Virus record (IMG/VR): IMGVR_UViG_3300031774_000001
Reading direction: 5' to 3' (one strand)
Length of the DNA stretch: 64,000 nucleotides
From: a virus
Numbering within the stretch: the stretch's first letter is position 1; the number at the start of each line of letters is the position of its first letter. This document shows positions 38,991 to 48,911 of the stretch, piece after piece. A program made the position numbers and the translations under genes. The notes beneath the pieces were generated by a model. It saw only the letters and a program-made list of their open reading frames with translations. It made no database searches and was not told where the DNA came from.

Positions 38991-39793
38991 TGTTCGGAAC
39001 ACATTTTTATAATCAAAGTTTAAGAAGACTAACTATTGCTTTTGGTCAAATTTTCAATAACGTTATAGTACAGACGAAATCAAGCACAGGCGCTGTTACT
39101 AAAAGAATGCGTGTACCTTTGGCATATGCACCTAAAGAAAAGTTTATACAAAGATTAGAACAACAAGCAAATTTAGACAAAGGTAGAACTTTTGCAATTG
39201 TTTTACCTAGAATGGGATTTGAATTAAAAGGATTAAAATATGATCCTAATAGAAAGTTAAATAAATTACAAAAAACTGTTAGAGTTAAATCTTCTGATTC
39301 TACTATACATAATTTTAATTATTCACCAGTACCATATGATATACAATTTTCTTTATATTCTTTTACTGCTACAGCAGAAAATGGACTACAAATAATTGAA
39401 CAAATATTACCTTATTTTCAACCAGACTATACAGTTACTATTAATGCAATACCAGAATTAAATATTAAACGTGATGTTCCTATTGTTTTAGATGAAGTAA
39501 TATATGAAGATACATATGATGGTGATTTTAATAAGCGAAGAGCTGTTATATATACTTTAAACTTTACTGCTAAAACTTACTTATATGGACCTATGGCACA
39601 AGGTAAAGTTATTAGAAAATCACAAGCAGATTTAGGAACATCTACGGATGCTCCTTTATCAAGAGAAGAAAGAATTATAACGATACCAAATCCTGAAAGT
39701 GCTAATGCAGATGATGATTTTGGATTTACAACAAAGATTAGTTTCTATGATGATACAAAGAAATATAATCCAGTAACAGGAGAAGATGAATAA
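38990..39793 (+). CDS. gp15: Tail sheath stabiliser/terminator gp15
   Basis: AFGQIFN, VPLAYAPKEKF, LPRMGFE, QIIEQILPYFQP. Confidence 0.92.
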   Translation: MFGTHFYNQSLRRLTIAFGQIFNNVIVQTKSSTGAVTKRMRVPLAYAPKEKFIQRLEQQANLDKGRTFAIVLPRMGFELKGLKYDPNRKLNKLQKTVRVKSSDSTIHNFNYSPVPYDIQFSLYSFTATAENGLQIIEQILPYFQPDYTVTINAIPELNIKRDVPIVLDEVIYEDTYDGDFNKRRAVIYTLNFTAKTYLYGPMAQGKVIRKSQADLGTSTDAPLSREERIITIPNPESANADDDFGFTTKISFYDDTKKYNPVTGEDE

Positions 39794-40299
39794 TGAGTAA
39801 ATTGGAAGAAAGTGTTAATGAAATATTAGGTTTGGAAGGTAAAAATAAAGTTACTGATACTCCTTTAGAACCACCTAAAGAATTTAAAGCTCCAGTACAA
39901 AGAAAAAATGGTGAAGTTGCAATAAAAATAGATAAAGATATTAATACAGATTATGATTATAGTAGAGAGAATTATTATAATCTTATAGAAAAAGGTCAAG
40001 AGGCAATACAAGGTATTTTAGATATTGCAAAAGAAGGTCAACACCCTAGAGCATATGAAGTTGTTGGTCAACTAATAGGACAAGTTGCTACGTCTGTTGA
40101 TAAATTACAAGACCTACAAAAGAAATTAAAAGATTTAAAAGAACTACCTGGTAAAACAAATGCTAATATTAAAAATGCTTTATTTGTAGGTTCAACAGCA
40201 GAATTACAAAAGATGTTGAATAAACAAAGTATGGAAACTAAAAAAGAAAAGAGAATTGAAAATGAAATTATTGACGGCAAATCAGAAAGTAAAGAATAA
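39793..40299 (+). CDS. gp16: Terminase small subunit gp16
   Basis: DYDYSRENYY, HPRAYEV, NALFVGSTAELQK. Confidence 0.9.
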   Translation: MSKLEESVNEILGLEGKNKVTDTPLEPPKEFKAPVQRKNGEVAIKIDKDINTDYDYSRENYYNLIEKGQEAIQGILDIAKEGQHPRAYEVVGQLIGQVATSVDKLQDLQKKLKDLKELPGKTNANIKNALFVGSTAELQKMLNKQSMETKKEKRIENEIIDGKSESKE

Positions 40300-40555
40300 A
40301 AAACCTATCGCAATAAAAGACTTAAAATATATTAAGTCAATGGCACCATTAAAAGAATTATTAGATGGTGAATCATTAAATTATCCAATAGAAGTAAAAG
40401 AGCACATTGTATCAGAAGTACCTAGATACGGTGTAATGGGCATACCCTATATAGAAAAAGAATATAGTGTGTGGAGAGGCAGTCAGCGAGTGCAGGCAGC
40501 TATTAAATTAGGTTATACACATATTGAAGGAGTGATAATAAATGAAAGAACATAA
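40262..40555 (+). CDS. Small ParB/Srx-like protein
   Basis: GSQRVQAAIKLGYTHIEG resembles the ParB G..R..A...LG motif. Confidence 0.5.
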   Translation: MKLLTANQKVKNKKPIAIKDLKYIKSMAPLKELLDGESLNYPIEVKEHIVSEVPRYGVMGIPYIEKEYSVWRGSQRVQAAIKLGYTHIEGVIINERT

Positions 40556-41114
40556 ATTTCCATTAGAAAGTTTTATCGGTGGTTGGTATATGGATGAAAA
40601 AATTTGTGATGGTATCGTAGATTTATTCAAAGAAAATCCACAAGAACAAAGACCAGGTGTTATAGGTGGACCTTTTAGTGTTAATAAGAAACATAAAGAT
40701 TCAATAGATATTGGAGTTGATCCACATTGGAAAGAACCAAGATATTGGGCATATAAACAAGCATTAAAAGAGTGTTGTTCTTTATATGAAGAGAAATATC
40801 CTGAACTTGCTCATTTTAAACCTTGGGGTTTAGTTGAAGGAGTTAATATACAATATTATCCACCAGCAGGAGGTTATTTTGCTCCTCATTTTGAAAGAGG
40901 AAGTATCCACGAAAATCGTAATTTAGTTTTTATGACTTATTTAAATGATGTGCCTGAAGGTGGTACACATTTTAAATATCAAAAATTAACAACACCAGCT
41001 AAAAAAGGACTAACTTTAATTTGGCCTACTGACTTTACGCATACACATAGCGGTCAAATAACGAAAGAACACGAAAAATATATCATAACTGGTTGGTTCG
41101 GTTTTTTAAAGTAA
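40542..41114 (+). CDS. Fe(II)/2OG oxygenase (prolyl-hydroxylase-like)
   Basis: IQYYPP.GGY..PHFE, MTYLNDV.EGGT, IWPTDFTHTH, KYIITGW. Confidence 0.85.
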   Translation: MKEHKFPLESFIGGWYMDEKICDGIVDLFKENPQEQRPGVIGGPFSVNKKHKDSIDIGVDPHWKEPRYWAYKQALKECCSLYEEKYPELAHFKPWGLVEGVNIQYYPPAGGYFAPHFERGSIHENRNLVFMTYLNDVPEGGTHFKYQKLTTPAKKGLTLIWPTDFTHTHSGQITKEHEKYIITGWFGFLK

Positions 41115-41119
41115 AATAA

Positions 41120-41127
41120 GATAAATA
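41120..41127 (+). promoter_or_regulatory. Late promoter variant GATAAATA
   Basis: One mismatch to consensus; 5 nt before the gp17 ATG. Confidence 0.55.
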
Positions 41128-41132
41128 GTATT

Positions 41133-42767
41133 ATGAGTGTAACAGACGCATATTTAGGAAATCCTAATCTTAAAAAAGTAAATACACCAGTTGAATTTAC
41201 TAAAGAACAGATTGTAGAATTTCAAAAATGTAAAGCAGACCCAATATATTTTATGGAGCAACATATGAAAATTGTTTCCCTAGATGAAGGTCTTATACCT
41301 TTTAGTATGTATGGTTTTCAAAAAAAGATTGTTCATACAATTGACAAAAACAGATTTACTATTTGCAAACTACCTAGACAGTCAGGTAAATCAACAACAA
41401 CAATTGCATACTTATTACACTATGCAATATTTAATCCAAATTCAAACATAGCAATACTTGCCAATAAATCTTCTACTGCTAGAGATATATTAGGTAGATT
41501 ACAACTTGCTTATGAAAACTTACCAAAGTATATACAACAAGGTGTTATCAATTGGAACAAAGGTAATATAGAATTAGAAAATAAATCTACTATTATTGCA
41601 GCCGCTACATCTTCAAGTGCAATACGAGGAGGTTCTTATAATATAATATTTCTTGACGAGTTTGCTTTCGTACCTGCTAATATAGCAGAAATGTTTTTTA
41701 GCTCAGTTTATCCTACGATTACATCAGGTAAAACTACAAAAGTTATTATAGTTTCTACTCCCCACGGAATGAATCAATTTTATAAATTATGGACAGACGC
41801 TGAAAACAAAAGAAATGATTATGTACCTATTGAAGTACATTGGTCAGAAGTACCAGGTAGAGATGAAAAGTGGAAAGAAACAACTATACGTAATACATCA
41901 CAGGAACAATTCCAACAAGAGTTTGAGTGTGAATTTTTAGGTTCAGTAGATACTTTAATTTCACCAGTAAAAATTAAAAATACACCTTATATGACAGCAT
42001 TAACTTCAAGTGGTGGTTTAGATGTATTTGAAAAAGTTGTAAATGGTAGAAATTATGTTTGTTGTGTTGATGTAGCAAGAGGTGTAGATAAAGATTATTC
42101 AGCATTTTTAATATTTGATGTATCTAAAATGCCTTATAGAGTTGTTGCCAAATATAGAAGTAATGAAGTTAAACCGATTTTATTTCCACACTTAATAGCT
42201 AAAGCTTGCAAGGCATATAACAAGGCAGATATTCTTTGTGAAACAAATGATATAGGTCAACAAATAGGTGAATCATTAAACTATGAATTAGAATATCCTA
42301 ATATATTAATGACTACTCAAAGAGGAAGAGCAGGTCAGATATTAGGCGCTGGTTATAGTGGAAGAGGTTCTGGTTTCGGTGTTCGTATGACAAAACAGAT
42401 TAAAAAAATTGGTTGTTCTAACATCAAAACATTAATTGAAGGCGATAAAGTTATTATTAATGACTTCAATATCATAGAAGAAATGTCAACTTATGCTCGT
42501 AGAGGAAATTCTTGGCAAGCGGAAGAAGGTTGTAATGATGATTTAATGACTTGCCTTGTATTATTTGGCTGGTTATCTAATCAACCTTATTTCAAAGAAA
42601 TGACTAATACTAACGCCAGACAACAACTATATGAAGAACAAGAGAAATTAATAGAGCAAGATATGGCACCTTTTGGTTTTGTAGATGATGGTATACCTGA
42701 TTGGGAAAAACCAGAAGTAGACGAATATGGAACAGTCTGGCATCCAGTTGTTAGAAAAGGGCTCTAA
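41133..42767 (+). CDS. gp17: Terminase large subunit gp17
   Basis: PRQSGKST Walker A, IIFLDEFAF Walker B, STPHG, DVARG, DDL nuclease motif. Confidence 0.95.
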   Translation: MSVTDAYLGNPNLKKVNTPVEFTKEQIVEFQKCKADPIYFMEQHMKIVSLDEGLIPFSMYGFQKKIVHTIDKNRFTICKLPRQSGKSTTTIAYLLHYAIFNPNSNIAILANKSSTARDILGRLQLAYENLPKYIQQGVINWNKGNIELENKSTIIAAATSSSAIRGGSYNIIFLDEFAFVPANIAEMFFSSVYPTITSGKTTKVIIVSTPHGMNQFYKLWTDAENKRNDYVPIEVHWSEVPGRDEKWKETTIRNTSQEQFQQEFECEFLGSVDTLISPVKIKNTPYMTALTSSGGLDVFEKVVNGRNYVCCVDVARGVDKDYSAFLIFDVSKMPYRVVAKYRSNEVKPILFPHLIAKACKAYNKADILCETNDIGQQIGESLNYELEYPNILMTTQRGRAGQILGAGYSGRGSGFGVRMTKQIKKIGCSNIKTLIEGDKVIINDFNIIEEMSTYARRGNSWQAEEGCNDDLMTCLVLFGWLSNQPYFKEMTNTNARQQLYEEQEKLIEQDMAPFGFVDDGIPDWEKPEVDEYGTVWHPVVRKGL

Positions 42768-42778
42768 ATCAAGCTTTA

Positions 42779-42786
42779 TATAAATA
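42779..42786 (+). promoter_or_regulatory. Late promoter TATAAATA
   Basis: Exact consensus upstream of the structured gp18 leader. Confidence 0.8.
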
Positions 42787-42880
42787 TCCATAGTTATGAA
42801 TTTTGATTATGGTCGTATGAAAACATACGGAATATGCGAAAATAGAGAAGTTAATTAGCTAATTATAAGGAGAAAACCTA

Positions 42881-44800
42881 ATGGCATTTCAAGTATCACC
42901 AGGTGTTCTCGTACAGGAAAAAGACTTAACAAGAATTATTCCTGCCGTTTCATCTTCTTCTGGAGCTTTTGCTGGACAATTCAGTAAAGGACCTCTTGAT
43001 GAAGTTATAAGTATCGGTAGTGAATCTGAACTTGTATCAACGTTTGGAAAACCAGATAGCTCTAATTTTGAGAGTTATTTTAGTGCTTCAAACTTTTTAC
43101 AATATTCAAATAACTTGAAAGTAGTTCGTGTACAGAATTCATCTGTATCAAACGCAACTGAAAGTGGTAGTTCGTTTGTAATAAAAAATACTACTGATTA
43201 CCAAAACAACTATGCTGACGGTTCTGCTTCTGTAGGAATGTGGGCTAGTAGAACAGCTGGAGTATGGGGAAACAATTTAAGTGTTTCTTCTTGTCCATCT
43301 GCTACTGCTTACGAAGAAGTTAACAAGACAACTGTTTCAGACGCTTCAACAAGTGTCGGAGATACTGTTGTAACTGTTGCTTCATCTACAGGAATAAGTG
43401 CTGGAGATATAGTTAACTTTGGTGATGAATATGAATATAGAGTTATTAGTATTGCTACTAATGACTTGAACATTGTACGAAAAGAAGAACCTTCTTACTA
43501 TGGCACAACTGACTCATCTGGATTACAAGCGACAATTACAAATGGCGCTCAAGTAAGACGAAGATGGAGATATTATGATTTATTTAACAAAGCACCAGGA
43601 ACATCTGCTTACTCTCAACAAAGAGGTGGTAGTAATGACGAAATGCATATTGCAATCGTTGACGAAGATGGTGGAATTAATGGCGTTAAAGGCGAAGTAC
43701 TAGAAAAATTTGAAGCAGTTTCAAAAGCTTCAGACGGTAAATCACCTCAAGGCGACACTAATTACTATTCAGACGTACTTTACAATTCAAGTAATTACGT
43801 TTATTGGATGGACCACAATGCTTCGGGTTCAAATTGGGGCACAGCAGCAGCTGGAACTACATTTACAGACGTAGCGTCTGTTAGTGATGTATCATTAATA
43901 AATGGTGCAGACGGTACTTCTGCTACAACTGCTCAAATTAAATCTGCTTATGAAAAATACCAAGACGCTGAAACAACAGAAGTTGGTCTTTTAATAGCAG
44001 GGGCTGGTGACGCAACACATATAGATAACTTAATTACAATCGCTGAGAAAAGAAAAGACGTAGTAGTTTTTGCTTCTCCAGAGAGAAGTGATGTAGTTAA
44101 TGTGTCAAATTCAAATACACAAAAAGATAATGTTGTAAATTTCTTTAACGGAGTTGCTTCATCTTCTTATGTGTTCTTTGATAGTGGATACAAATATATG
44201 TACGATAGATATAATGATGTCTATAGATATGTTCCTTTAAACGGAGATATGGCAGGACTAGCGGCAAGAACTGATATGGTTGCTGACGCTTGGTATTCAC
44301 CTGCAGGTTTAAATAGAGGTATCGTTAGAGGTGCAGTTAAACTAGCATTTAATCCAACTCAATCTCAAAGAGATGAATTATACAGAGCAAGAGTAAATCC
44401 TGTGACTACGTTCCCAGGACAAGGAACTGTATTGTTCGGAGATAAAACTGGATTGAAAACACCTAGTGCATTTGATAGAGTCAATGTCAGAAGATTGTTC
44501 ATTATTTTAGAAAAGGCAATTTCAACTGCTTCTAAAGTCCAACTATTTGAATTCAATGATGAATTCACTAGAGCTGGTTTTAGAAATATGGTAGAACCTT
44601 TTTTAAGAGAAGTACAAGGAAGACGAGGTATTACAGACTACCTAGTAGTTTGTGATGAAACTAACAACACAAGCGAAGTAGTGGATAGAAATGAATTTGT
44701 TGCTGAAATATTTGTAAAACCAGCAAGAAGTATCAACTTTATCTCATTGCAATTCGTTGCAACAAGAACAGGCGTTTCTTTTGAAGAAGTCGCAGGATAA
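42881..44800 (+). CDS. gp18: Tail sheath protein gp18
   Basis: SPGVLVQEKD, WYSPAGLNRG, FDRVNVRRLF, KPARSINFI. Confidence 0.95.
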   Translation: MAFQVSPGVLVQEKDLTRIIPAVSSSSGAFAGQFSKGPLDEVISIGSESELVSTFGKPDSSNFESYFSASNFLQYSNNLKVVRVQNSSVSNATESGSSFVIKNTTDYQNNYADGSASVGMWASRTAGVWGNNLSVSSCPSATAYEEVNKTTVSDASTSVGDTVVTVASSTGISAGDIVNFGDEYEYRVISIATNDLNIVRKEEPSYYGTTDSSGLQATITNGAQVRRRWRYYDLFNKAPGTSAYSQQRGGSNDEMHIAIVDEDGGINGVKGEVLEKFEAVSKASDGKSPQGDTNYYSDVLYNSSNYVYWMDHNASGSNWGTAAAGTTFTDVASVSDVSLINGADGTSATTAQIKSAYEKYQDAETTEVGLLIAGAGDATHIDNLITIAEKRKDVVVFASPERSDVVNVSNSNTQKDNVVNFFNGVASSSYVFFDSGYKYMYDRYNDVYRYVPLNGDMAGLAARTDMVADAWYSPAGLNRGIVRGAVKLAFNPTQSQRDELYRARVNPVTTFPGQGTVLFGDKTGLKTPSAFDRVNVRRLFIILEKAISTASKVQLFEFNDEFTRAGFRNMVEPFLREVQGRRGITDYLVVCDETNNTSEVVDRNEFVAEIFVKPARSINFISLQFVATRTGVSFEEVAG

Positions 44801-44820
44801 TTTAGGGGAGAAATAAAACA

Positions 44821-45348
44821 ATGGCAAACATAAATGATTTCAAAGCTAAACTGTCGGGCGGTGGAGCAAGAAGTAACCAATATAAAGTGGTTATGCCTTT
44901 TCCTGGCTACGCACAAGTTGGCGGAGAAATAGAAGACCTAGCATTTTTATGTCAAGCTGCTGAACTACCTGGTATGGCAATCACAACGATTGAAGTACCT
45001 TTTAGAGGCAGAGCAATAAAAATCGCTGGAGATAGAACAATAGCGGATTGGAATATCAAAGTAATAAATGATACTAATTTCAAATTGCGTAATGCATTTG
45101 AAAGATGGATGAATGGTATTAATAATATGACTGATAACGAAGGATTAACAAATCCTGTAGATTACCAAGTAGACGCATTTGTAGACCAATTGGATAGAAA
45201 CGGAAATACTATCAAGTCATACACTTTAAGAGGTGTATTTCCTGCAAGTATTAACGCAATTCCTTTGGATTACGCTGCTAAGGGTGATTTATCAGAAACA
45301 AGTATTACATTATCGTTCCAATACTTTGAAAGTAACACAACTACTTAA
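44821..45348 (+). CDS. gp19: Tail tube protein gp19
   Basis: GGARSN, AAELPG, FRGRAIKIAGDRT, QLDR. Confidence 0.93.
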   Translation: MANINDFKAKLSGGGARSNQYKVVMPFPGYAQVGGEIEDLAFLCQAAELPGMAITTIEVPFRGRAIKIAGDRTIADWNIKVINDTNFKLRNAFERWMNGINNMTDNEGLTNPVDYQVDAFVDQLDRNGNTIKSYTLRGVFPASINAIPLDYAAKGDLSETSITLSFQYFESNTTT

Positions 45349-45356
45349 TCTTTCAT

Positions 45357-45364
45357 TATAAATA
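45357..45364 (+). promoter_or_regulatory. Late promoter TATAAATA
   Basis: Exact consensus before the portal gene. Confidence 0.8.
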
Positions 45365-45391
45365 GTATTGAAAGTTTTAAGGAGATAAATT

Positions 45392-46921
45392 ATGGCTGAA
45401 TTATTTGGATTTTCTATAACTCGGGTTAAAAAACCTACGGATCCAAAACAAGCATTTACACAACCACAAGCGGATGATGGAACACAAACCATCGCCGCTG
45501 GTGGGTATTATGGTCAATACTTGGATATGGAAGGTCAGTCAAAGACTGAACACGACCTTATCAGACGTTATAGAGAAATAGCATTGCATCCTGAATGCGA
45601 TATGGCAATAGAGGATATTATCAACGAGTCAATTGTTGCTAATGAACTCAAAGACGCAATAAGAATAAACCTAGATAACTTACCATTCGGTAAGGAAGTT
45701 AGAAGAAAAATAGAAGACGAGTTTAAAGAAGTATTAAGGTTGATGAACTTTAATACAAAAGGTCACGATATCTTTAGAAGATGGTACGTAGACGGTAGAG
45801 TATATTATCATAAAGTAATTGATAGAGAATCTACAAGAAAAGGTATTACAGAATTAAGATACATAGACCCTAGAAAAATCAAAAAAATTAGAGAAGTAAG
45901 AAAAAGAAGACCAGACGGTCCTACTCCATATGGATTAAACGTCATTGATGATGTTAAAGAATACTTTTTATACAATGAAAAAGGAGTTACAAATACTACA
46001 TCAGGTGGAATTAAAATTGCTGTTGACGCAATAGCATTTTGTCCTAGTGGATTAATAGACCAAAATAAAAATATGGTCTTATCATATTTACATAAGGCAA
46101 TTAAACCTGTTAATCAATTACGTATGATTGAGGACGCAAGTGTTATTTACAGAATAGCAAGAGCGCCTGAAAGACGTATATTTAAAATTGATGTTGGTAA
46201 TTTACCGAAGATAAAAGCAGAACAATACTTACGTGATGTTATGGCAAGATATAGAAACAAACTTGTTTATGACGCAAACACAGGTGAGATACGTGATGAC
46301 AGAAACTATATGTCAATGCTTGAAGACTTTTGGTTACCAAGTAGAGATGGAGGAAGAGGAACAGATATTACTACTTTACCAGGTGGACAACAACTTGGTG
46401 AAATGGGAGATATAGAATACTTTAGAAGTAAATTATATCGTTCTTTAAATGTTCCTGCTAGTAGATTAGAAGCGTCAACTGGATTTAATCTAGGACGTTC
46501 AACTGAAATTACTAGAGATGAACTTAAATTTACAAAATTTGTTCAAAGATTAAGAAAGAAATTTACTGAAGTATTTAACGATATATTAAGAACTCAATTA
46601 GTTTTAAAAGCCGTAATTACGGATGAAGATTGGCATATTGTAAGAGACCATTTACAATACGACTTTTTACAAGATGGACATTTTGCTGAACTAAAAGATT
46701 CTGAATTATTGTTAGAAAGAATAAGACTTGCTGATTCAGTAAGAGAGTATGTTGGTAAGTACTTTTCAGTAGAGTACGTAAGAAAAAAAATCTTACGTCA
46801 AAATGATAGGGAGATTGAAGATATAAACAATCAGATTAGAAAAGAAGTTAAAGATGGTGTTATTGCTGACCCTATGCAACAATATACAGCACATAAAGAT
46901 GAAATAGAAGGAGATATGTAA
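45392..46921 (+). CDS. gp20: Portal protein gp20
   Basis: FRRWYVDGR, IYRIARAPERRIFKIDVGN, EDFWLP, ITRDELKF. Confidence 0.95.
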   Translation: MAELFGFSITRVKKPTDPKQAFTQPQADDGTQTIAAGGYYGQYLDMEGQSKTEHDLIRRYREIALHPECDMAIEDIINESIVANELKDAIRINLDNLPFGKEVRRKIEDEFKEVLRLMNFNTKGHDIFRRWYVDGRVYYHKVIDRESTRKGITELRYIDPRKIKKIREVRKRRPDGPTPYGLNVIDDVKEYFLYNEKGVTNTTSGGIKIAVDAIAFCPSGLIDQNKNMVLSYLHKAIKPVNQLRMIEDASVIYRIARAPERRIFKIDVGNLPKIKAEQYLRDVMARYRNKLVYDANTGEIRDDRNYMSMLEDFWLPSRDGGRGTDITTLPGGQQLGEMGDIEYFRSKLYRSLNVPASRLEASTGFNLGRSTEITRDELKFTKFVQRLRKKFTEVFNDILRTQLVLKAVITDEDWHIVRDHLQYDFLQDGHFAELKDSELLLERIRLADSVREYVGKYFSVEYVRKKILRQNDREIEDINNQIRKEVKDGVIADPMQQYTAHKDEIEGDM

Positions 46922-47274
46922 TGGCAGACGCAAGTATTCCAAGTAAGACAGCAGAATTTATTGATAAATTGCAACAAGGGAAAAATGCAGACGCAGGAGA
47001 GGCATTTAAGGATGCTTTAAGAGATAAAGTAGCAAGTGCTCTTGACAAACAAAGAGTAGATGTAGCAGCTAAAGTTTTTAAAGGTGTAGAACCTGAAAAA
47101 TTTAGTGCTCCTAAACCTGCAGTAACAGACCCGAGTGCAAGAACTGATAAAATTATGGATACAGATGGAAAAGAAATCGCTTTTGAACCGAAAGAACCGG
47201 CTCCAGAAGCACCAGAACCTGTAGCACCAGAAATGGCGCCAGGACACGAAACACCACCAGACGCAGGTGTATAG
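46921..47274 (+). CDS. Prohead core protein, gp67-like
   Basis: Position after gp20; helical N-terminus and Pro/Glu-rich tail. Confidence 0.55.
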   Translation: MADASIPSKTAEFIDKLQQGKNADAGEAFKDALRDKVASALDKQRVDVAAKVFKGVEPEKFSAPKPAVTDPSARTDKIMDTDGKEIAFEPKEPAPEAPEPVAPEMAPGHETPPDAGV

Positions 47275-47276
47275 AA

Positions 47277-47531
47277 ATGGATAACGAATATTTTTTTACA
47301 AGTAAAATATTTGAAGATACAAAGTATCTTGACTCTAAAAGTTATGGAGATTTATCTCCTAGATTAAAGTTAGCAGTACAAGATACTTTCAGTCTAATTG
47401 AAAGAACGTCTGGAGATATTATAACTAAATTTGAGTCTTCAGTAGATAAAGTTGCTGAAGCAAGAAAAATAAATAAAGAAGAACTATACAAATATTTTGA
47501 TAACGAAGTAAACGAACAATTAGGAGAGTAG
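47277..47531 (+). CDS. Hypothetical head-region protein
   Basis: 84-aa ORF tightly packed between gp20 and gp21. Confidence 0.6.
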   Translation: MDNEYFFTSKIFEDTKYLDSKSYGDLSPRLKLAVQDTFSLIERTSGDIITKFESSVDKVAEARKINKEELYKYFDNEVNEQLGE

Positions 47532-47532
47532 T

Positions 47533-47769
47533 ATGGCGTGGGTAGATGTACCAGGATCAAATAGTGTTTGGGAGTATGAAAATACTGCCACGGCATCCAA
47601 TACATATGCAGACGCACCTGGAACTTATTCAGGTGGTATAAGAACTTATACAACTCCTGGAACTGGCGTAGTAAATAAGGTCTATGCTAGATGTAGAAAA
47701 AAAGGAACAACAGTAGAGCGTGGTGAATTATCTAAAGATTTTTATGACGCAACACATTTAGGATTCTAA
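47533..47769 (+). CDS. Hypothetical head-region protein
   Basis: 78-aa ORF with SD AGGAG. Confidence 0.6.
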   Translation: MAWVDVPGSNSVWEYENTATASNTYADAPGTYSGGIRTYTTPGTGVVNKVYARCRKKGTTVERGELSKDFYDATHLGF

Positions 47770-48161
47770 TGGCAGATACAGTTACAACACAAACAATAGC
47801 AGATACATCTGGAGTTAAATATGTTATAAAAATGACTAACTTTTCAGATGGTTCTGGAGAAACTAACGTACAAAAAATAGACGCTTCAGCGACTACTTTT
47901 ATGAGTGAAGATGGTGAAAGACGTATAGCAAGAGTATATTATTCAGTTAACGTATCAGACGCAAAATCTGGTGTGGAATTGATATGGGACGGTGCTACAA
48001 ATTCTACTGCTTTATTTCTTTCAGGACAAGGAACAATAGATTTAAGAACTGATGGAAACTCATTTAAAAATGACGCAACTACACCAACAGGTGATGTATT
48101 GTTAAGTACAAAGAATTTTGCTAAAGGCGATAACTACTCATTAATCGTTGAATTTAGATAA
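47769..48161 (+). CDS. Hypothetical beta-rich protein
   Basis: MADTVTTQTI..DGSGETNV.KID..TGDVLLST; TAATG overlap. Confidence 0.65.
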   Translation: MADTVTTQTIADTSGVKYVIKMTNFSDGSGETNVQKIDASATTFMSEDGERRIARVYYSVNVSDAKSGVELIWDGATNSTALFLSGQGTIDLRTDGNSFKNDATTPTGDVLLSTKNFAKGDNYSLIVEFR

Positions 48162-48168
48162 GAAATCT

Positions 48169-48176
48169 TATAAATA
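48169..48176 (+). promoter_or_regulatory. Late promoter TATAAATA
   Basis: Exact consensus before gp21. Confidence 0.8.
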
Positions 48177-48195
48177 ATAGAGAAGAGAGAGAACA

Positions 48196-48843
48196 ATGAA
48201 ACTAATTACCGAAGAAGCTGCTCAATCACAATTTATAGTTGAAGAGGTTGGTGGCAAGAAAAATTACAAAATCAAAGGTGTCTTTTTACAAGCAGATATC
48301 AAAAATAGGAATGGAAGAGTCTATCCTAAAGAGATATTAGAAAAAGAAGTTTCAAGATATAATAGAGAATTTATCAACAAAAGACGTGCATTTGGTGAGT
48401 TAGGACATCCTGACGGACCAGTTGTAAATCTTGAAAGAGTAAGTCATATGATAACAGACTTACATCCTGACGGTTCAAATTTTGTTGGTGAAGCAAAAGT
48501 GATGGATACACCATATGGTAAGATTGTTAAAAATCTTATTAACGAAGGTGCTCAATTAGGAGTGTCTTCAAGAGGTATGGGATCACTAGTGCGAGGACGT
48601 GGCGGAGTTAATGAAGTAGGAAGAGATTTTTACTTAGCAACTGCCGCTGACATTGTAGCAGACCCAAGCGCTCCTGACGCTTTCGTAGAAGGCATTATGG
48701 AAAATAAAGAGTGGGTATGGGATAATGGTGTTATCAAAGAGAGAGATATTGAAGAGTGGAAACAGTACATAAATGAAGCTAAAAGACTACGTTTAGCAGA
48801 AGCAAAAGCTAAAGTCTTTAAAGAATTCATTGAAAAACTGTAA
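48196..48843 (+). CDS. gp21: Prohead protease gp21
   Basis: MKLITE, NRNGRVYP, GELGHP, GVSSRGMGS, DIVADPSAPDA. Confidence 0.95.
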   Translation: MKLITEEAAQSQFIVEEVGGKKNYKIKGVFLQADIKNRNGRVYPKEILEKEVSRYNREFINKRRAFGELGHPDGPVVNLERVSHMITDLHPDGSNFVGEAKVMDTPYGKIVKNLINEGAQLGVSSRGMGSLVRGRGGVNEVGRDFYLATAADIVADPSAPDAFVEGIMENKEWVWDNGVIKERDIEEWKQYINEAKRLRLAEAKAKVFKEFIEKL

Positions 48844-48846
48844 TCT

Positions 48847-48854
48847 TATAAATA
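48847..48854 (+). promoter_or_regulatory. Late promoter TATAAATA
   Basis: Exact consensus before gp22. Confidence 0.8.
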
Positions 48855-48911
48855 TCTATTAATAAAGAGAAATAATTTAAACGTTTAAATTAATTAAGGA
48901 GATTTATTCTT

